The translations under genes and the position numbers were made by a program. A DNA stretch of 64,000 nt. Source: Candidatus Poribacteria bacterium (GTDB lineage: Bacteria; Poribacteria; WGA-4E; WGA-3G). Positions 18,875 through 28,916 of the stretch are shown here, in pieces (the first letter of the stretch is position 1; the number at the start of each line of letters is the position of its first letter). Where the stretch lies: the NCBI GenBank assembly GCA_965242965.1, contig OZ251518.1, forward strand, positions 2,176,001-2,240,000, written 5' to 3'. The notes beneath the pieces were generated by a model. It saw only the letters and a program-made list of their open reading frames with translations, was not told where the DNA came from and made no database searches.

Positions 18875-19675
18875 ATGCCAAAATTTGGACTGATTCATTA
18901 CAACTACGCCAGCAAGTCGCTTGACGATTTCCTGAAATTTACGAGTGAGACAGGGTTCGGCTACGTTGAACTGCAGATAAGCGATGTCTGGCAGGCGGAA
19001 ACGGCAGATGCGGAGAAGAACGCCGAACTTGTGCGGCAGCAGGTGGAGTCTTACGGCTTGCAAGTATCGGCACTGGCGGCGGGGAACGATTTCGTCGTGC
19101 TGGAAGAGGCGACTATCCGCGCGCAGGTGGAACGGATGGAACGCATCGCGGGCCTCGCGAAACGCCTCGGCACTTCGGTGCTTCGGACGGAAGGCGGCGC
19201 GCCGAAGGAAGCAGTGCCGGAAAGCCGATGGGTTGAAGCGATGGCGGGATGTCTCACAAGATGCCTTGAATTCGCAGAGCGGCACGATGTCTACCTCGCT
19301 GTCGACAACCACGGTCTGGTTACCAACGACGGTGATTTGCAGGTAGAACTCTTTGAGCGCGTCGCCTCCAAACGCGTCGGCGCGAACATGGACACGATGA
19401 ACTACCGCTGGGCAGGGCACGAACTGGAAACGGTAGGCAGGTATTATGAAATCGTCGCACCGTGGACGTTGCACACGCACCTGAAGGATGGCACCGGTTC
19501 GCGAGGCGATTATCGCGGCGAGGCACTCGGTGAAGGGGAAATCGAACTCGGGAAGGCAATCCGCTGCTTAAAAGCGGCTGGTTATGAGGGTGTCTGGTGC
19601 TGCGAGTATGAGGGACGCGAAAACGACGGCACGGGCCAGCGGAAGAGTTTCGCTTGGATGCAGGCGAATCTGTAA
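18875..19675 (+). CDS. Sugar phosphate isomerase/epimerase (xylose isomerase-like TIM barrel)
   Basis: GFGYVEL, LAVDNHG, DTMN, HTHLKD, LGEGEI, EYEG. Confidence 0.9.
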   Translation: MPKFGLIHYNYASKSLDDFLKFTSETGFGYVELQISDVWQAETADAEKNAELVRQQVESYGLQVSALAAGNDFVVLEEATIRAQVERMERIAGLAKRLGTSVLRTEGGAPKEAVPESRWVEAMAGCLTRCLEFAERHDVYLAVDNHGLVTNDGDLQVELFERVASKRVGANMDTMNYRWAGHELETVGRYYEIVAPWTLHTHLKDGTGSRGDYRGEALGEGEIELGKAIRCLKAAGYEGVWCCEYEGRENDGTGQRKSFAWMQANL

Positions 19676-19682
19676 CACGAAA

Positions 19683-20498
19683 ATGCCACCTCGCATTATC
19701 ACCTTAACAACTGATTTCGGCACTAGCGACGCTTACGTCGGTGTCATGAAAGGCGTAATTCTGGGCATTAACCCGAATGCGCAGATAGTCGACATCACGC
19801 ATGCGATTCCGCCGCAAGATGTCCACGAAGCGGCGTTCCTCATTCATTCGGCGCACCGCTACTTCCCGCAAGGCACGATTCATACCATCGTCGTTGACCC
19901 GGGTGTCGGCAGCAATCGCCGGGCAATCGTTTGCCAAACCGACAGCGCGTTTTTCGTTTGTCCTGACAATGGGGTGTTAAGTTATCTGGTAGGGGAGAAC
20001 TCGGGGCTTGATGTCTCGGCGGTAACCATTGAAAACCCGACGTATCTCTTACCGCATGTCAGCAATACCTTCCACGGCAGAGATATTTTCGCCCCGGTTG
20101 CGGCGCATCTCTCCCTCGATGTGCCGCTTGCCGATATCGGAACCCCGGTTCACAACCTCGTTCAACTGCCAATTCCGACGATGCACATCGCTGAAGATAC
20201 GCTGATCGGAGAGATTATCAAGGTGGATAGTTTCGGGAATCTGATAACGAATATCTCACAGTCGGATTTTGTGGCGTTCACGGGAACCGCTTCTGTCTAT
20301 ACCATTCAGGCAGGCGACGTGTGTATTAACCGTCTGAACCGTGCCTATGCCGCGTCTGATACAGGCGAACCGCTGGCGATTATTGGCAGCTTTGGGTTGC
20401 TAGAGATTGCAGTGAATTGTGGCAGTGCCGAAGAACATTTGGGATTGAAACGGGGGGATGCCGTTAGTATCAAGAAAAAACGCGCGCCCAACGAATAA
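19683..20498 (+). CDS. SAM hydroxide adenosyltransferase (DUF62, chlorinase/fluorinase superfamily)
   Basis: ITLTTDFG, DITH, VVDPGVGSNRR, PDNG, STFHGRD-type SNTFHGRD, DSFGNLITN. Confidence 0.92.
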   Translation: MPPRIITLTTDFGTSDAYVGVMKGVILGINPNAQIVDITHAIPPQDVHEAAFLIHSAHRYFPQGTIHTIVVDPGVGSNRRAIVCQTDSAFFVCPDNGVLSYLVGENSGLDVSAVTIENPTYLLPHVSNTFHGRDIFAPVAAHLSLDVPLADIGTPVHNLVQLPIPTMHIAEDTLIGEIIKVDSFGNLITNISQSDFVAFTGTASVYTIQAGDVCINRLNRAYAASDTGEPLAIIGSFGLLEIAVNCGSAEEHLGLKRGDAVSIKKKRAPNE

Positions 20499-20514
20499 TA
20501 GCAACAAGTTATAG

Positions 20515-20781
20515 GAGGGTGTTTCATAAATCGCTCAACGTCGCGGTGCCAGACCCCGCGCTACGGTGAAAAAACGCCTCCCTTTCACGTAGGGCGAGGG
20601 CCTGTCCCTCGCCACGCGTTTGGCTGGTAGACCGCCTCACCCCTGTAGATCAGGATCGCCTGATCCTGATCCGTTCGGGATCGGGCGATCCCGAACTACA
20701 AAGGTGGGCCCGATGTCTTCTGGTATTCGCCCTCCCTCCAAGGCGGGATAAATGCCGAAACGGAGTTATGAAACTCCCTCA
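20515..20781. mobile_element. MITE-like element with TIRs and REP cargo
   Basis: GAGGGTGTTTCATAA ... TTATGAAACTCCCTC flanking REP hairpins. Confidence 0.6.
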
Positions 20782-20802
20782 AATAAATAGGAGAAAATCG
20801 AA

Positions 20803-21804
20803 TTGAAAGAGATTGTTTTAACAGGCATCAAACCGACAGGGCAGCCGCACCTCGGCAACTACCTCGGCATGCTGAAACCCGCGCTGGAACTCGCGGAAGA
20901 CCCGGGTAAAGAGAGACTCGCACTCTACTTCATCGCCGATTACCACGCACTCACCACGGTAAAAAGCAAGAAAGAGTTGCAGGATTTGACAAACCAGGCC
21001 GCCGCGACCTGGCTGGCATTGGGACTTAACCCGGACGAGGCAATTCTCTATCGCCAATCGGATGTACCGGAGGTGTTTGAGTTAGCGTGGGTGTTGGCAT
21101 GTTTCACGGCAAAGGGGTTGCTCAACCGCGCGCACGCCTATAAAGCGATAGTTGACGATAACCTCGCCGCCGGCCGTGAGGCGGACAAAGGCATCAACGC
21201 GGGCTTGTTCACGTATCCTGTTTTGATGGCGGCGGATATCCTGCTATACGGAACGCATATCGTCCCGGTCGGCTTGGATCAGCGGCAACACCTTGAAGTA
21301 ACGCGCGATGTCGCCATCGCCTTCAATAAAAACTACGGGAACGTTTTGACGGTGCCGAAAGCCGTCATCCGGAAAGAGGTGATGACTATCCCCGGTCTTG
21401 ACGGTAGGAAGATGAGCAAAAGTTACAACAACGTCATTCCGCTGTTCGCGCCATCAACCCAGATTCGGAAGCAGGTCCGACGGATTGTAACGGATTCTAA
21501 GCGGCCGGAAGAACCGAAGGATCCGGAGGGATGCAACGTCTTCGCTATCTATCGGCATTTTGCGGATGGGGATGCGGTTGAAGCGAAACGGCAGCTCTAT
21601 CTGAACGGCGGCCTCGGCTACGGCGACATGAAGCAGGAGCTCTTCGAGTTGTTAGACGCGACCTTTTCCGCACAGCGCGATACGTATAACGCATTGATGG
21701 AAAATCGGGACGAGTTGGACACGGTGCTTCGGCACGGTGCTGAGAAAGCGCGGGACATTGCGGTGCCGATTTTGCGTAAGGTTCGGAAGGCGGTGGGGGT
21801 GTAG
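20803..21804 (+). CDS. trpS: Tryptophan--tRNA ligase
   Basis: TGIKPTG.PHLGNY, ADYHALT, YPVLMAADIL, VPVGLDQ, KMSKS; TTG start after AGGAG. Confidence 0.97.
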   Translation: MKEIVLTGIKPTGQPHLGNYLGMLKPALELAEDPGKERLALYFIADYHALTTVKSKKELQDLTNQAAATWLALGLNPDEAILYRQSDVPEVFELAWVLACFTAKGLLNRAHAYKAIVDDNLAAGREADKGINAGLFTYPVLMAADILLYGTHIVPVGLDQRQHLEVTRDVAIAFNKNYGNVLTVPKAVIRKEVMTIPGLDGRKMSKSYNNVIPLFAPSTQIRKQVRRIVTDSKRPEEPKDPEGCNVFAIYRHFADGDAVEAKRQLYLNGGLGYGDMKQELFELLDATFSAQRDTYNALMENRDELDTVLRHGAEKARDIAVPILRKVRKAVGV

Positions 21805-21819
21805 TCTCGAATTTTCCGG

Positions 21820-22325
21820 TGTAACGCATATTCCAACGTAGGGCGAGGACCACGGGGACACATCGAGACCGGGAGGTCTCTCCTACATAACGCATATTCC
21901 AACGTAGGGCGAGGGCCCTCGGATGCCACACGCGCATCCGAGCGGGTTTCCCTCGCCATGCGTTTGGTTGGCAGACCTCATCACCCTTGTAGTTCAGGAT
22001 TGTCTGAAGCTCTGGCACATTTGCCAAGCGATCCTGACCCGTTCGGGAGCGGGCGCTCCCGAACTACAGAGGTGGGCCCGATACGCGCCCCCTCGCTTTT
22101 CTATCGGTATTCGTCCTTCCCCTAAGGGGCGTAAATTTATGATACACCCTCATCTAATTTTGACCCGGGCGGGCTCAATACCCAGTAGGAGAGACCTCCC
22201 GGTCTCGATGCAATATCCCGGTAGGAGAGACCTCCCGGTCTCGATGAATCACACCCCATCGGGACAAGGATGTCCCTCCTACCCAAATAACACCAGAAGT
22301 AGGCGCGCCCTCCCAGTCTCGATGC
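21820..22325. repeat. REP cluster
   Basis: Several hairpin families, a duplicated AACGCATATTCCAACGTAGGGCGAGG, and a TIR-like motif near 22136-22152. Confidence 0.85.
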
Positions 22326-22331
22326 CCACTC

Positions 22332-24153
22332 TCAAATCGTTTTGAGTCTGCATTGCAATGCAAGGTTCGCCGCCAGCGTATCCGTTAACGCAACATCCCG
22401 GCAGACAAACACAGAATCCTTTGACAACCCTAGACGTTCTATATCCCTCGGCACAAGTTCAGCATCCAAACAGACGTGGAACATCTGCGACTTATCAGGC
22501 GCGACAATGCGAAAAACCGTATTCGTTGCAAGGCCTGCAACGCGCGCAATTGTGCTATCAAGCGGGTATCCCTCTTTAAGCGCAACTTCATAAAGGACAT
22601 CCTCTTCGCGCCACCCTTCCCGAAGCGCATCAATGGCGTTTTCCAACTGCGCGATGTAAGTTTGCACATCCTCGGTGCGGACATCGTCTTCTGTCCGATA
22701 GTTGGACTCGGCAAGTTTGAAGACGCGGCAGCCGGCGTTTTCTCGCAAACACACGCGGCGAACCCGTTCTTTGCCAATCTCGGCAATCGTCTCAAATCCT
22801 GCCTTGCGCGCATCCGATTTTTCCGGGGTAGGTTCCGGCAGTTGCACCATGATAAATTGCCGCGCACCGGAATCTTCCCGATTGAGCTCCAACACTGCCT
22901 CTGCTGTCGTGCAGGAGCCCGCGAAGAAATCCAAAACGATGGAATCTGCGTCAGTGCTGAACTGCAGGAGGTGTTTGATTAAACCCACCGGTTTCGGAAA
23001 ATCAAAAATGAAAACATCGTCTCTCTCGAAAAGTTTACGAAGTTGCGCCGTGCCGTGGCTAGTCTGCTCCATATCTGTCAGCAGACTTCGCATGACTCTC
23101 GCGGAAGAATTCAGATAGTGCTTGTATTCTACCTGCCATTCGCCGTTGGCATTCTGCTTGAAAACGATTTTATTCTCCGCTTTCCAATGCAGAAAACGCG
23201 CCTCCGACCAGGCCCAGTATTTCACAATCTTTGAGCCATCGGGACACGCAATCGCATACCGACGACTTTCACGCTGATGCCGGAGAGGTGCTTCCAGCCG
23301 AAAAGTTTTGTAGGGACCGAGTTGTTCATAATGCGCATCTTTCCCCTGATATGCCGCTTGCTCTTTTTCGGTCAGCGGCCGCCTGAGCCTGCCTACTTCA
23401 TCTCGGCTTTTGGCATACATGAGGATATACTCATGATTCGTCGCGAGGTGCTTCATGTTATTCCCGCCGCCGCTATTTCGTTGCCAAATCAACTGTTGCA
23501 TGAAATTCTCTTCCCCGAAAATTTCGTTCATCAGCAGGCGGAGGTTATGCCCCTCGCGGTCATCGATACTGACGAAGATGAGGCCATCATCCGTGAGTAA
23601 CTGCCGCGCAAGGAAAAGGCGTGGATACATCATCGACAACCACGCCGAGTGGTAACGGCCGCTACGCTCTGGATTGCTCGTCTGCAGATTGCCGGCGGCA
23701 TCAAGCTGCCCTGACAATTGCAGGCAGGCATCCAACGGCTTCGCGTAGTTATCGGGATAGACAAAGTCGTTGCCGGTGTTGTAAGGCGGATCGATGTAAA
23801 TCGCCTTCACGCGTCCGAAATAGGGTTTGTAGAGGAGTTTCAGCACCTCCAGGTTATCACCTTCAATGAAAAGGTTTGAAGTGCTGTCAAACTGAAGTGA
23901 CTCCTCTCGGCATGGAATAAGGGTAGCCTCGGTAGGGACGTTGAGCAGGCGGATGGATTCGCGCTTGCCTGCCCAATTGAAGTGATACCTATCCTTGGCG
24001 TTTACCCCCCCCTTCACAAATCTCTAGTATATTTGCAAGTTTCTCCATGTCCACTTCGCCTTCGGTGAGGCATTCGGGGAAAAGTTGCTTGAGTTGTCGG
24101 AGCCGCTCCTCGTTTAGGGCGGGTGTCGTTTTCGGGGTTTTATCGGTTTTCAT
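22332..24153 (-). CDS. Type III R-M Mod-type DNA methyltransferase, frameshifted at a G8 tract (phase-variable or pseudogene)
   Basis: Upstream frame from ATG 24153 (MKTDKTPK..LKQLFPECLTEGEVDMEKL) stops at 23989-23991; main frame has FNWAGK, IEGDNLEVLK, DPPY, FPKP, DFFAGS; G7 would join the two frames. Confidence 0.88.
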
Positions 24154-24234
24154 TAGCATTTTCCTTCGGCAGGCGCGGTTCGTCCTGCGTAAGTCCTCTA
24201 TGAACGGGCATTAGAAATTCCGCAACGTTCTTCC

Positions 24235-24715
24235 CCGTAGGAGAGACCTTCCGGGCTCGATGCATTCCGGTAGGAGAGACATCCTGGTCTCGATGTTCCC
24301 GCAGCGCGGGGGACAGGCCCCCGAGATCTCTGTCGTCTCAATGCGTTCTTAGGTCCTTTAGGACCTACATGTCTATAGAAAAACGTGTCGTCCCATTTTC
24401 AAGGACTTTTAGGTCCTTAATAAAAAACACGCGAGGCATGTCAAAATCTATTAAGGACCTAAAGGACCTTAGAGCCTTTTGCGTTTCGGTTGCTATAGAC
24501 ATTAAGGTCCTACGGACCTGAAGAGAAGAAGAGACGTTTTTCCGTAGCACCGACGATGGCGAGGGACAGGCCCTCGCCCTACGATGAAGGGGGATTTCTG
24601 CCGCCGAGCCCCGGGAGGCGTGCCGCCCTATCGCATCGAGACCAGGTAGTCTCTCCTACCGGCAATAGCGCGGGGGCTGTCACCGCGACATTGAGCGATT
24701 TATGAAACACCCTCA
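24235..24715. repeat. REP cluster with the AAGGACCTAAAGGACCT module and a terminal TIR-like motif
   Basis: Directly visible repeats. Confidence 0.85.
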
Positions 24716-24717
24716 TA

Positions 24718-24987
24718 TTAGACCGTTACGGCAATGAGCGGCACATCGCGGACCGGCATCTGCGCGCCGAGTTCGGCCGGCATCTCTTCGCCATGTTCCA
24801 ACAAACACTCAAAGAGCAGTTTAACAGCGTCTTCAAGGTTTTCTAACGCTTCTTTCTGCGTATATCCCCAACTTGCTGCACCGCGGTGCTCCAGCGAGGG
24901 AATATAGGCACGCCAGACGGCTTTCTCGTCGGGTTCGTCGGGCCATTTGTCCTTCTCTAGGACAACCTCAAACGTGTAGGTTTTCAT
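24718..24987 (-). CDS. HicB family antitoxin
   Basis: WRAYIPSL..GAASWGYTQKEALENLEDAV; 89 aa. Confidence 0.85.
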   Translation of the reverse strand: MKTYTFEVVLEKDKWPDEPDEKAVWRAYIPSLEHRGAASWGYTQKEALENLEDAVKLLFECLLEHGEEMPAELGAQMPVRDVPLIAVTV

Positions 24988-25232
24988 GATGTCCCTCCAT
25001 TATTTAACAAAAATTTTTCAACGTTCCTTCCGATAGTTGGCGGTGGAAGTGGTTTATTGTCGCTATGGAAAATCTCTACCCACTCGTTAACGATTTCGCA
25101 GAGTTCGCGATAGACTTCAACCTCATCGTCACCATGTGCGCAAGGTCCGATGATGCCGGGGCAATACCCGATGAAACAGTCATCTTCGTCAGACCATTCC
25201 ACGATTTTGATGTAGTTCGCGCTTTCAGTCAC
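24984..25232 (-). CDS. HicB-like protein
   Basis: YIKIVEWSDEDDCFIGYCPG...HGDDEVEVYRELCEIV..W...PLPPP; 82 aa; overlaps the next gene. Confidence 0.75.
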   Translation of the reverse strand: MTESANYIKIVEWSDEDDCFIGYCPGIIGPCAHGDDEVEVYRELCEIVNEWVEIFHSDNKPLPPPTIGRNVEKFLLNNGGTS

Positions 25233-25312
25233 TTCTGTGCCTCCTTAATGCCTCTTTCAACTAACTTTTCTTGGAAAGGTTTGGCATCTTTTTCAAGGCA
25301 TAAAAATCCTAT

Positions 25313-26266
25313 CTACAAATGCGTGCGCATCAGTTTTTGATACTCGGTGTGCGCCGCCTGCGCGTCGTATTCGCCATCGAGAACGCGACGGAGACACCGC
25401 ACGAAGCCGATCGGCGCGTCTTCACCGAAGATGGTGCGGCCGAACAAAATGGCACGTCCACCATTCTGGACGACACTCTGCGCGAGGGAGAACGTGCTAC
25501 GCGCATTTTGCCGCGGACCACCTAAAGCACCGATAACCAGCGTCTCATCAAACTGGCACAACTCATGCCACACCTCTGCTGTCGTATAGGCGGTTTTGAT
25601 GAAACGCGGACGCTGATGTTTGCGCAAATAACTCATCGTGCGGACGATCGAATCGGCGACATACATCCCACGTTTCTCATCGTCCATCCCCGGTAATTTG
25701 ACGTTCGGGAGGAAGACTTCCAGCAGATGGTCGAACCCCTCAATCTCGCCGACGACGTGCGCAAATTGGATATACGCCTGCAACATCCGCTCGTCGGCGA
25801 TAGGCTCGTTGTTGAGCGTGATGGAATACAGCCCCAAGCTGACCCGGCATTCCAACGCCGGTGCGATGAGTGCCTCGCAATAGCGGTGCATATCCTCTGG
25901 GAATACCGTCTGGAACGGCATCGACGGCCGCGAAGTATAGGCACCGAAACGCGGGTTCCAGATGGCTGTCTCCGAGTTCATCCGGACAATCGGCGTGATG
26001 TGCGCGTTTTCAAATAGGTTTTCTTCGAGTGCCAGCGTTTCAGCATCGGCGGGTGTCATGAGGAGTCCGTCCAACTGCCCATCAGCGACGAGTTCGCGCT
26101 GGAGCTCCAAAAACTCCGCGTGCGTGCGGTAGTGCGGCTTGGGATGCTGCACCTGCCCAAGCCCCTTGATACCTGCCGATGCAAGCGGGTCCGCGGCGAA
26201 GACCAGGATGGGACGCCGCGCAAGCAGTTCGGTGTCAGCAAGTTTGTCAAATATCCGATTGCCCAT
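25313..26266 (-). CDS. Class I aldolase-like TIM-barrel protein (uncharacterised)
   Basis: 317-aa ORF with LLEVF, FIKTAY (candidate Schiff-base Lys), GALGG, ILFGRTIF. Confidence 0.6.
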   Translation of the reverse strand: MGNRIFDKLADTELLARRPILVFAADPLASAGIKGLGQVQHPKPHYRTHAEFLELQRELVADGQLDGLLMTPADAETLALEENLFENAHITPIVRMNSETAIWNPRFGAYTSRPSMPFQTVFPEDMHRYCEALIAPALECRVSLGLYSITLNNEPIADERMLQAYIQFAHVVGEIEGFDHLLEVFLPNVKLPGMDDEKRGMYVADSIVRTMSYLRKHQRPRFIKTAYTTAEVWHELCQFDETLVIGALGGPRQNARSTFSLAQSVVQNGGRAILFGRTIFGEDAPIGFVRCLRRVLDGEYDAQAAHTEYQKLMRTHL

Positions 26267-26325
26267 GTATGATTCCTTTTTTTCAAACTTATGTCCCTTT
26301 CGGTTAGGGACGTTTTATGTCCAAT

Positions 26326-28833
26326 TCACAAAACGCTCGTTGGAGCGATGTCTATCACCAATTCAACGGCGTTGGATTTAATGGCCGGCGGCGGTTCGGC
26401 AGTGAGTTGCTGAATGCGTAGCGAGATGGCTTCAGCCGTTTCACTGCGGAGTAAGAAGTGCCACCGAAATTTCCCTTCAATTTTGGAGAGCGGTGCGGGG
26501 GCGGGCCCCAGAATTTCCACCAAATCTCCATCAGTTTGCGAGTTCTGGAGTTGATTTACCACGGTGTGCGCCGCGTCAATCACCGATTTTTCGTCTTTGC
26601 CGCGGAGGAGAAGCCGCGCTATGTGCGAAAAAGGTGGGTAGCGCAACGCACCGCGCGCCGCTACCTCCTGTTCATAGAAACCGATATAGTCGTGCTTCTG
26701 TGCCGCTGTGATGCAGTAATGCGCCGGCATATAGGTTTGGACGATAACCTCACCCGGTATTTCGGCGCGCCCAGAACGTCCAGCGACTTGCGTCAGCAGG
26801 CTGAACGTCTGTTCGCTCGCGCGGAAATCCGGGAGATTCAAGGCAGTATCCGCCGCGATAACCCCGACGAGGGTGACGTTCGGAAAATCCAACCCTTTCG
26901 CCACCATCTGTGTGCCGATGAGGATGTCGATTTCCTGCTGCTGAAACGCCGCTAATATCTGCTGATGCGCGTTCTTCCGCGCCGTGGAATCGGCATCAAA
27001 CCTTTTGACGTTCGCGGCAGGGAACGCCTTGCGCACCTCTTGCTCAATCGCCTCTGTCCCCATACCAAAATAGCGGATGGCCGGGCTACTACACTGCGGA
27101 CATGTCGGATGCGTATCGCGCCGATGCCCGCAGTGATGACAGACGAGTTTCTTCGTCTCAAAGTGAAACGTCAAAGATATGGAACAGTTGTTGCACCGCT
27201 CAACGTAGCCGCAGGTTCGGCAGAAAACGTAAGTTGAATGTCCGCGCCGGTTCAGGAATAAGATAATTTGCTCCCGCTTCACGAGGCGTTGTTCAATAGC
27301 GTTTCGGAGAAGCGCGGAGAAGATGGTGCGGTTTCCACCTTTCAACTCGGCGCGCATATCAACGATATGCACCTCTGGCATCTCTCTATCCAACACCCGC
27401 GTCGGAAGACTGAGGAGTTGATACGTGCCGTTGCGAGCGCGGTAGAAACTTTCCAACGAAGGTGTCGCGCTGCCGAGTAGGAGCGCGCAGTTGGCGAGTT
27501 CACTCCGTTTCTGGGCAACTTCCCGGGCGTGGTAACGCGGGGCCTTGTCCGATTTATAGGAGTCCGAGTGCTCTTCGTCGATAATTATCAGCCCCAATTC
27601 TCTGACCGGGGCGAACACGGCGGACCGCGGGCCGATGACGATGGTGGCTTCTCCTTTTTGGATGCGATGCCAACTGTCATAACGTTCGCCGTCGCTAAGA
27701 CGGCTGTGTAGCACCGCGACGCGCTCGCCAAACCGGCCGATAAATCGTGAGGCAGTCTGCGGTGTCAGTGAAATCTCTGGCACTAAGACGATGACAGACT
27801 TCCCGCCCTCCAAAATCTGCGCGATTGCCTGCATGTAGACTTCGGTTTTGCCGCTCCCGGTTACGCCGTGAAGGAGCAAAATCCGTCCAATATCCATCGG
27901 CGCGCCAGCACTGTGCGAAGACAATCGCGCCAGCGCGTTCTGAACCTCGGCAAACGCCGCGGCTTGTGCCGGATTGAGCTGATAAGGTTTCGTCGCCGCA
28001 ACCGGTTGGCAGCTCAATGGGTTGCGCAACACCCGCGCCTGCGTAATCTTGATGAAGCCGCGTCTCTCAAGCGTGCGGAGCAGGGAGAGACTCGTGCCCG
28101 CCTGCTCGGCGAGCTCTGCCGTGGTTATCGGCGCGTCTTCGTTAAGTAGGATGCGCAGGATTTCCGCGTGTTTCGCGGCGGCAGGACGACGGCGGTTTCC
28201 ATCGGCACCGCGCGCTTCCGCTGTGAGGCGCGCAATCTCCGCCGCAATCTCGTTTGGTGTTAACGCCAAGGATGCCACCGTCGCAGTCTGCGCAGAGGCT
28301 TTCGGTTTGTGAGTGACGTAAACATCAACAACGCCTTTTTCACGAAGCGCGGAGATTTTCGGACGGAGATTCGTGTAACTGACACCGACGCGCCGCGCAA
28401 GTTGATTCGGTGTGAGCTCCCCTTCTGCCTCCAACAGCGCGACAATCTCCTTTTGCACGCCTCTGACACTCGGTTTATCTCCTGATTTGAGTTGCACTCG
28501 CTGCCGTTTCTCGCTTCGCACGGCGGCAGGCACCGCACAAAAGAGCGCGTTCCCCCAGGGAGAGACGTAATAGTCCGCCATCCACTTTGTCAACGCGAGC
28601 AACTCAGCAGAGAACGTTGGATATTTATCGAGACAGTCAGATATACTTTTGATTTTGTTGGGAGTCAGAGCCGTCACGTCTATCCGTTCAACGACAACGC
28701 CTTCCTGCGTGCTTCGTCGAAACGGCGCGAGCACACGGACACCCGGTTGCACAACGGCATCCAGATGCGGCGGCACGGCGTATGTGAACAGCTGATCGAT
28801 CGCGAGTGGAAAGGCGATGTTGGCGTAGCGCAT
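26326..28833 (-). CDS. priA: Primosomal protein N'
   Basis: HGVTGSGKTEVY, VPEISLTPQ, DEEH, LNRRG, Cys clusters, GTQMVAKGLDFPNV, QVAGRSGR. Confidence 0.98.
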   Translation of the reverse strand: MRYANIAFPLAIDQLFTYAVPPHLDAVVQPGVRVLAPFRRSTQEGVVVERIDVTALTPNKIKSISDCLDKYPTFSAELLALTKWMADYYVSPWGNALFCAVPAAVRSEKRQRVQLKSGDKPSVRGVQKEIVALLEAEGELTPNQLARRVGVSYTNLRPKISALREKGVVDVYVTHKPKASAQTATVASLALTPNEIAAEIARLTAEARGADGNRRRPAAAKHAEILRILLNEDAPITTAELAEQAGTSLSLLRTLERRGFIKITQARVLRNPLSCQPVAATKPYQLNPAQAAAFAEVQNALARLSSHSAGAPMDIGRILLLHGVTGSGKTEVYMQAIAQILEGGKSVIVLVPEISLTPQTASRFIGRFGERVAVLHSRLSDGERYDSWHRIQKGEATIVIGPRSAVFAPVRELGLIIIDEEHSDSYKSDKAPRYHAREVAQKRSELANCALLLGSATPSLESFYRARNGTYQLLSLPTRVLDREMPEVHIVDMRAELKGGNRTIFSALLRNAIEQRLVKREQIILFLNRRGHSTYVFCRTCGYVERCNNCSISLTFHFETKKLVCHHCGHRRDTHPTCPQCSSPAIRYFGMGTEAIEQEVRKAFPAANVKRFDADSTARKNAHQQILAAFQQQEIDILIGTQMVAKGLDFPNVTLVGVIAADTALNLPDFRASEQTFSLLTQVAGRSGRAEIPGEVIVQTYMPAHYCITAAQKHDYIGFYEQEVAARGALRYPPFSHIARLLLRGKDEKSVIDAAHTVVNQLQNSQTDGDLVEILGPAPAPLSKIEGKFRWHFLLRSETAEAISLRIQQLTAEPPPAIKSNAVELVIDIAPTSVL

Positions 28834-28916
28834 TTTTTTCGTGGACGTTTTCCTATCAGGTTCAATAGGCGCGATGACAAAGCGCGCCTACGGGAAATTA
28901 TGCAAGTTTGGTAACA

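Noticed and set aside
19683-20498. SAM-dependent halogenase (fluorinase/chlorinase)
   Set aside because: Has the Asp/Arg/His residues (VVDPGVG..RR, TFHGRD) typical of DUF62 SAM hydrolases rather than FlA/SalL
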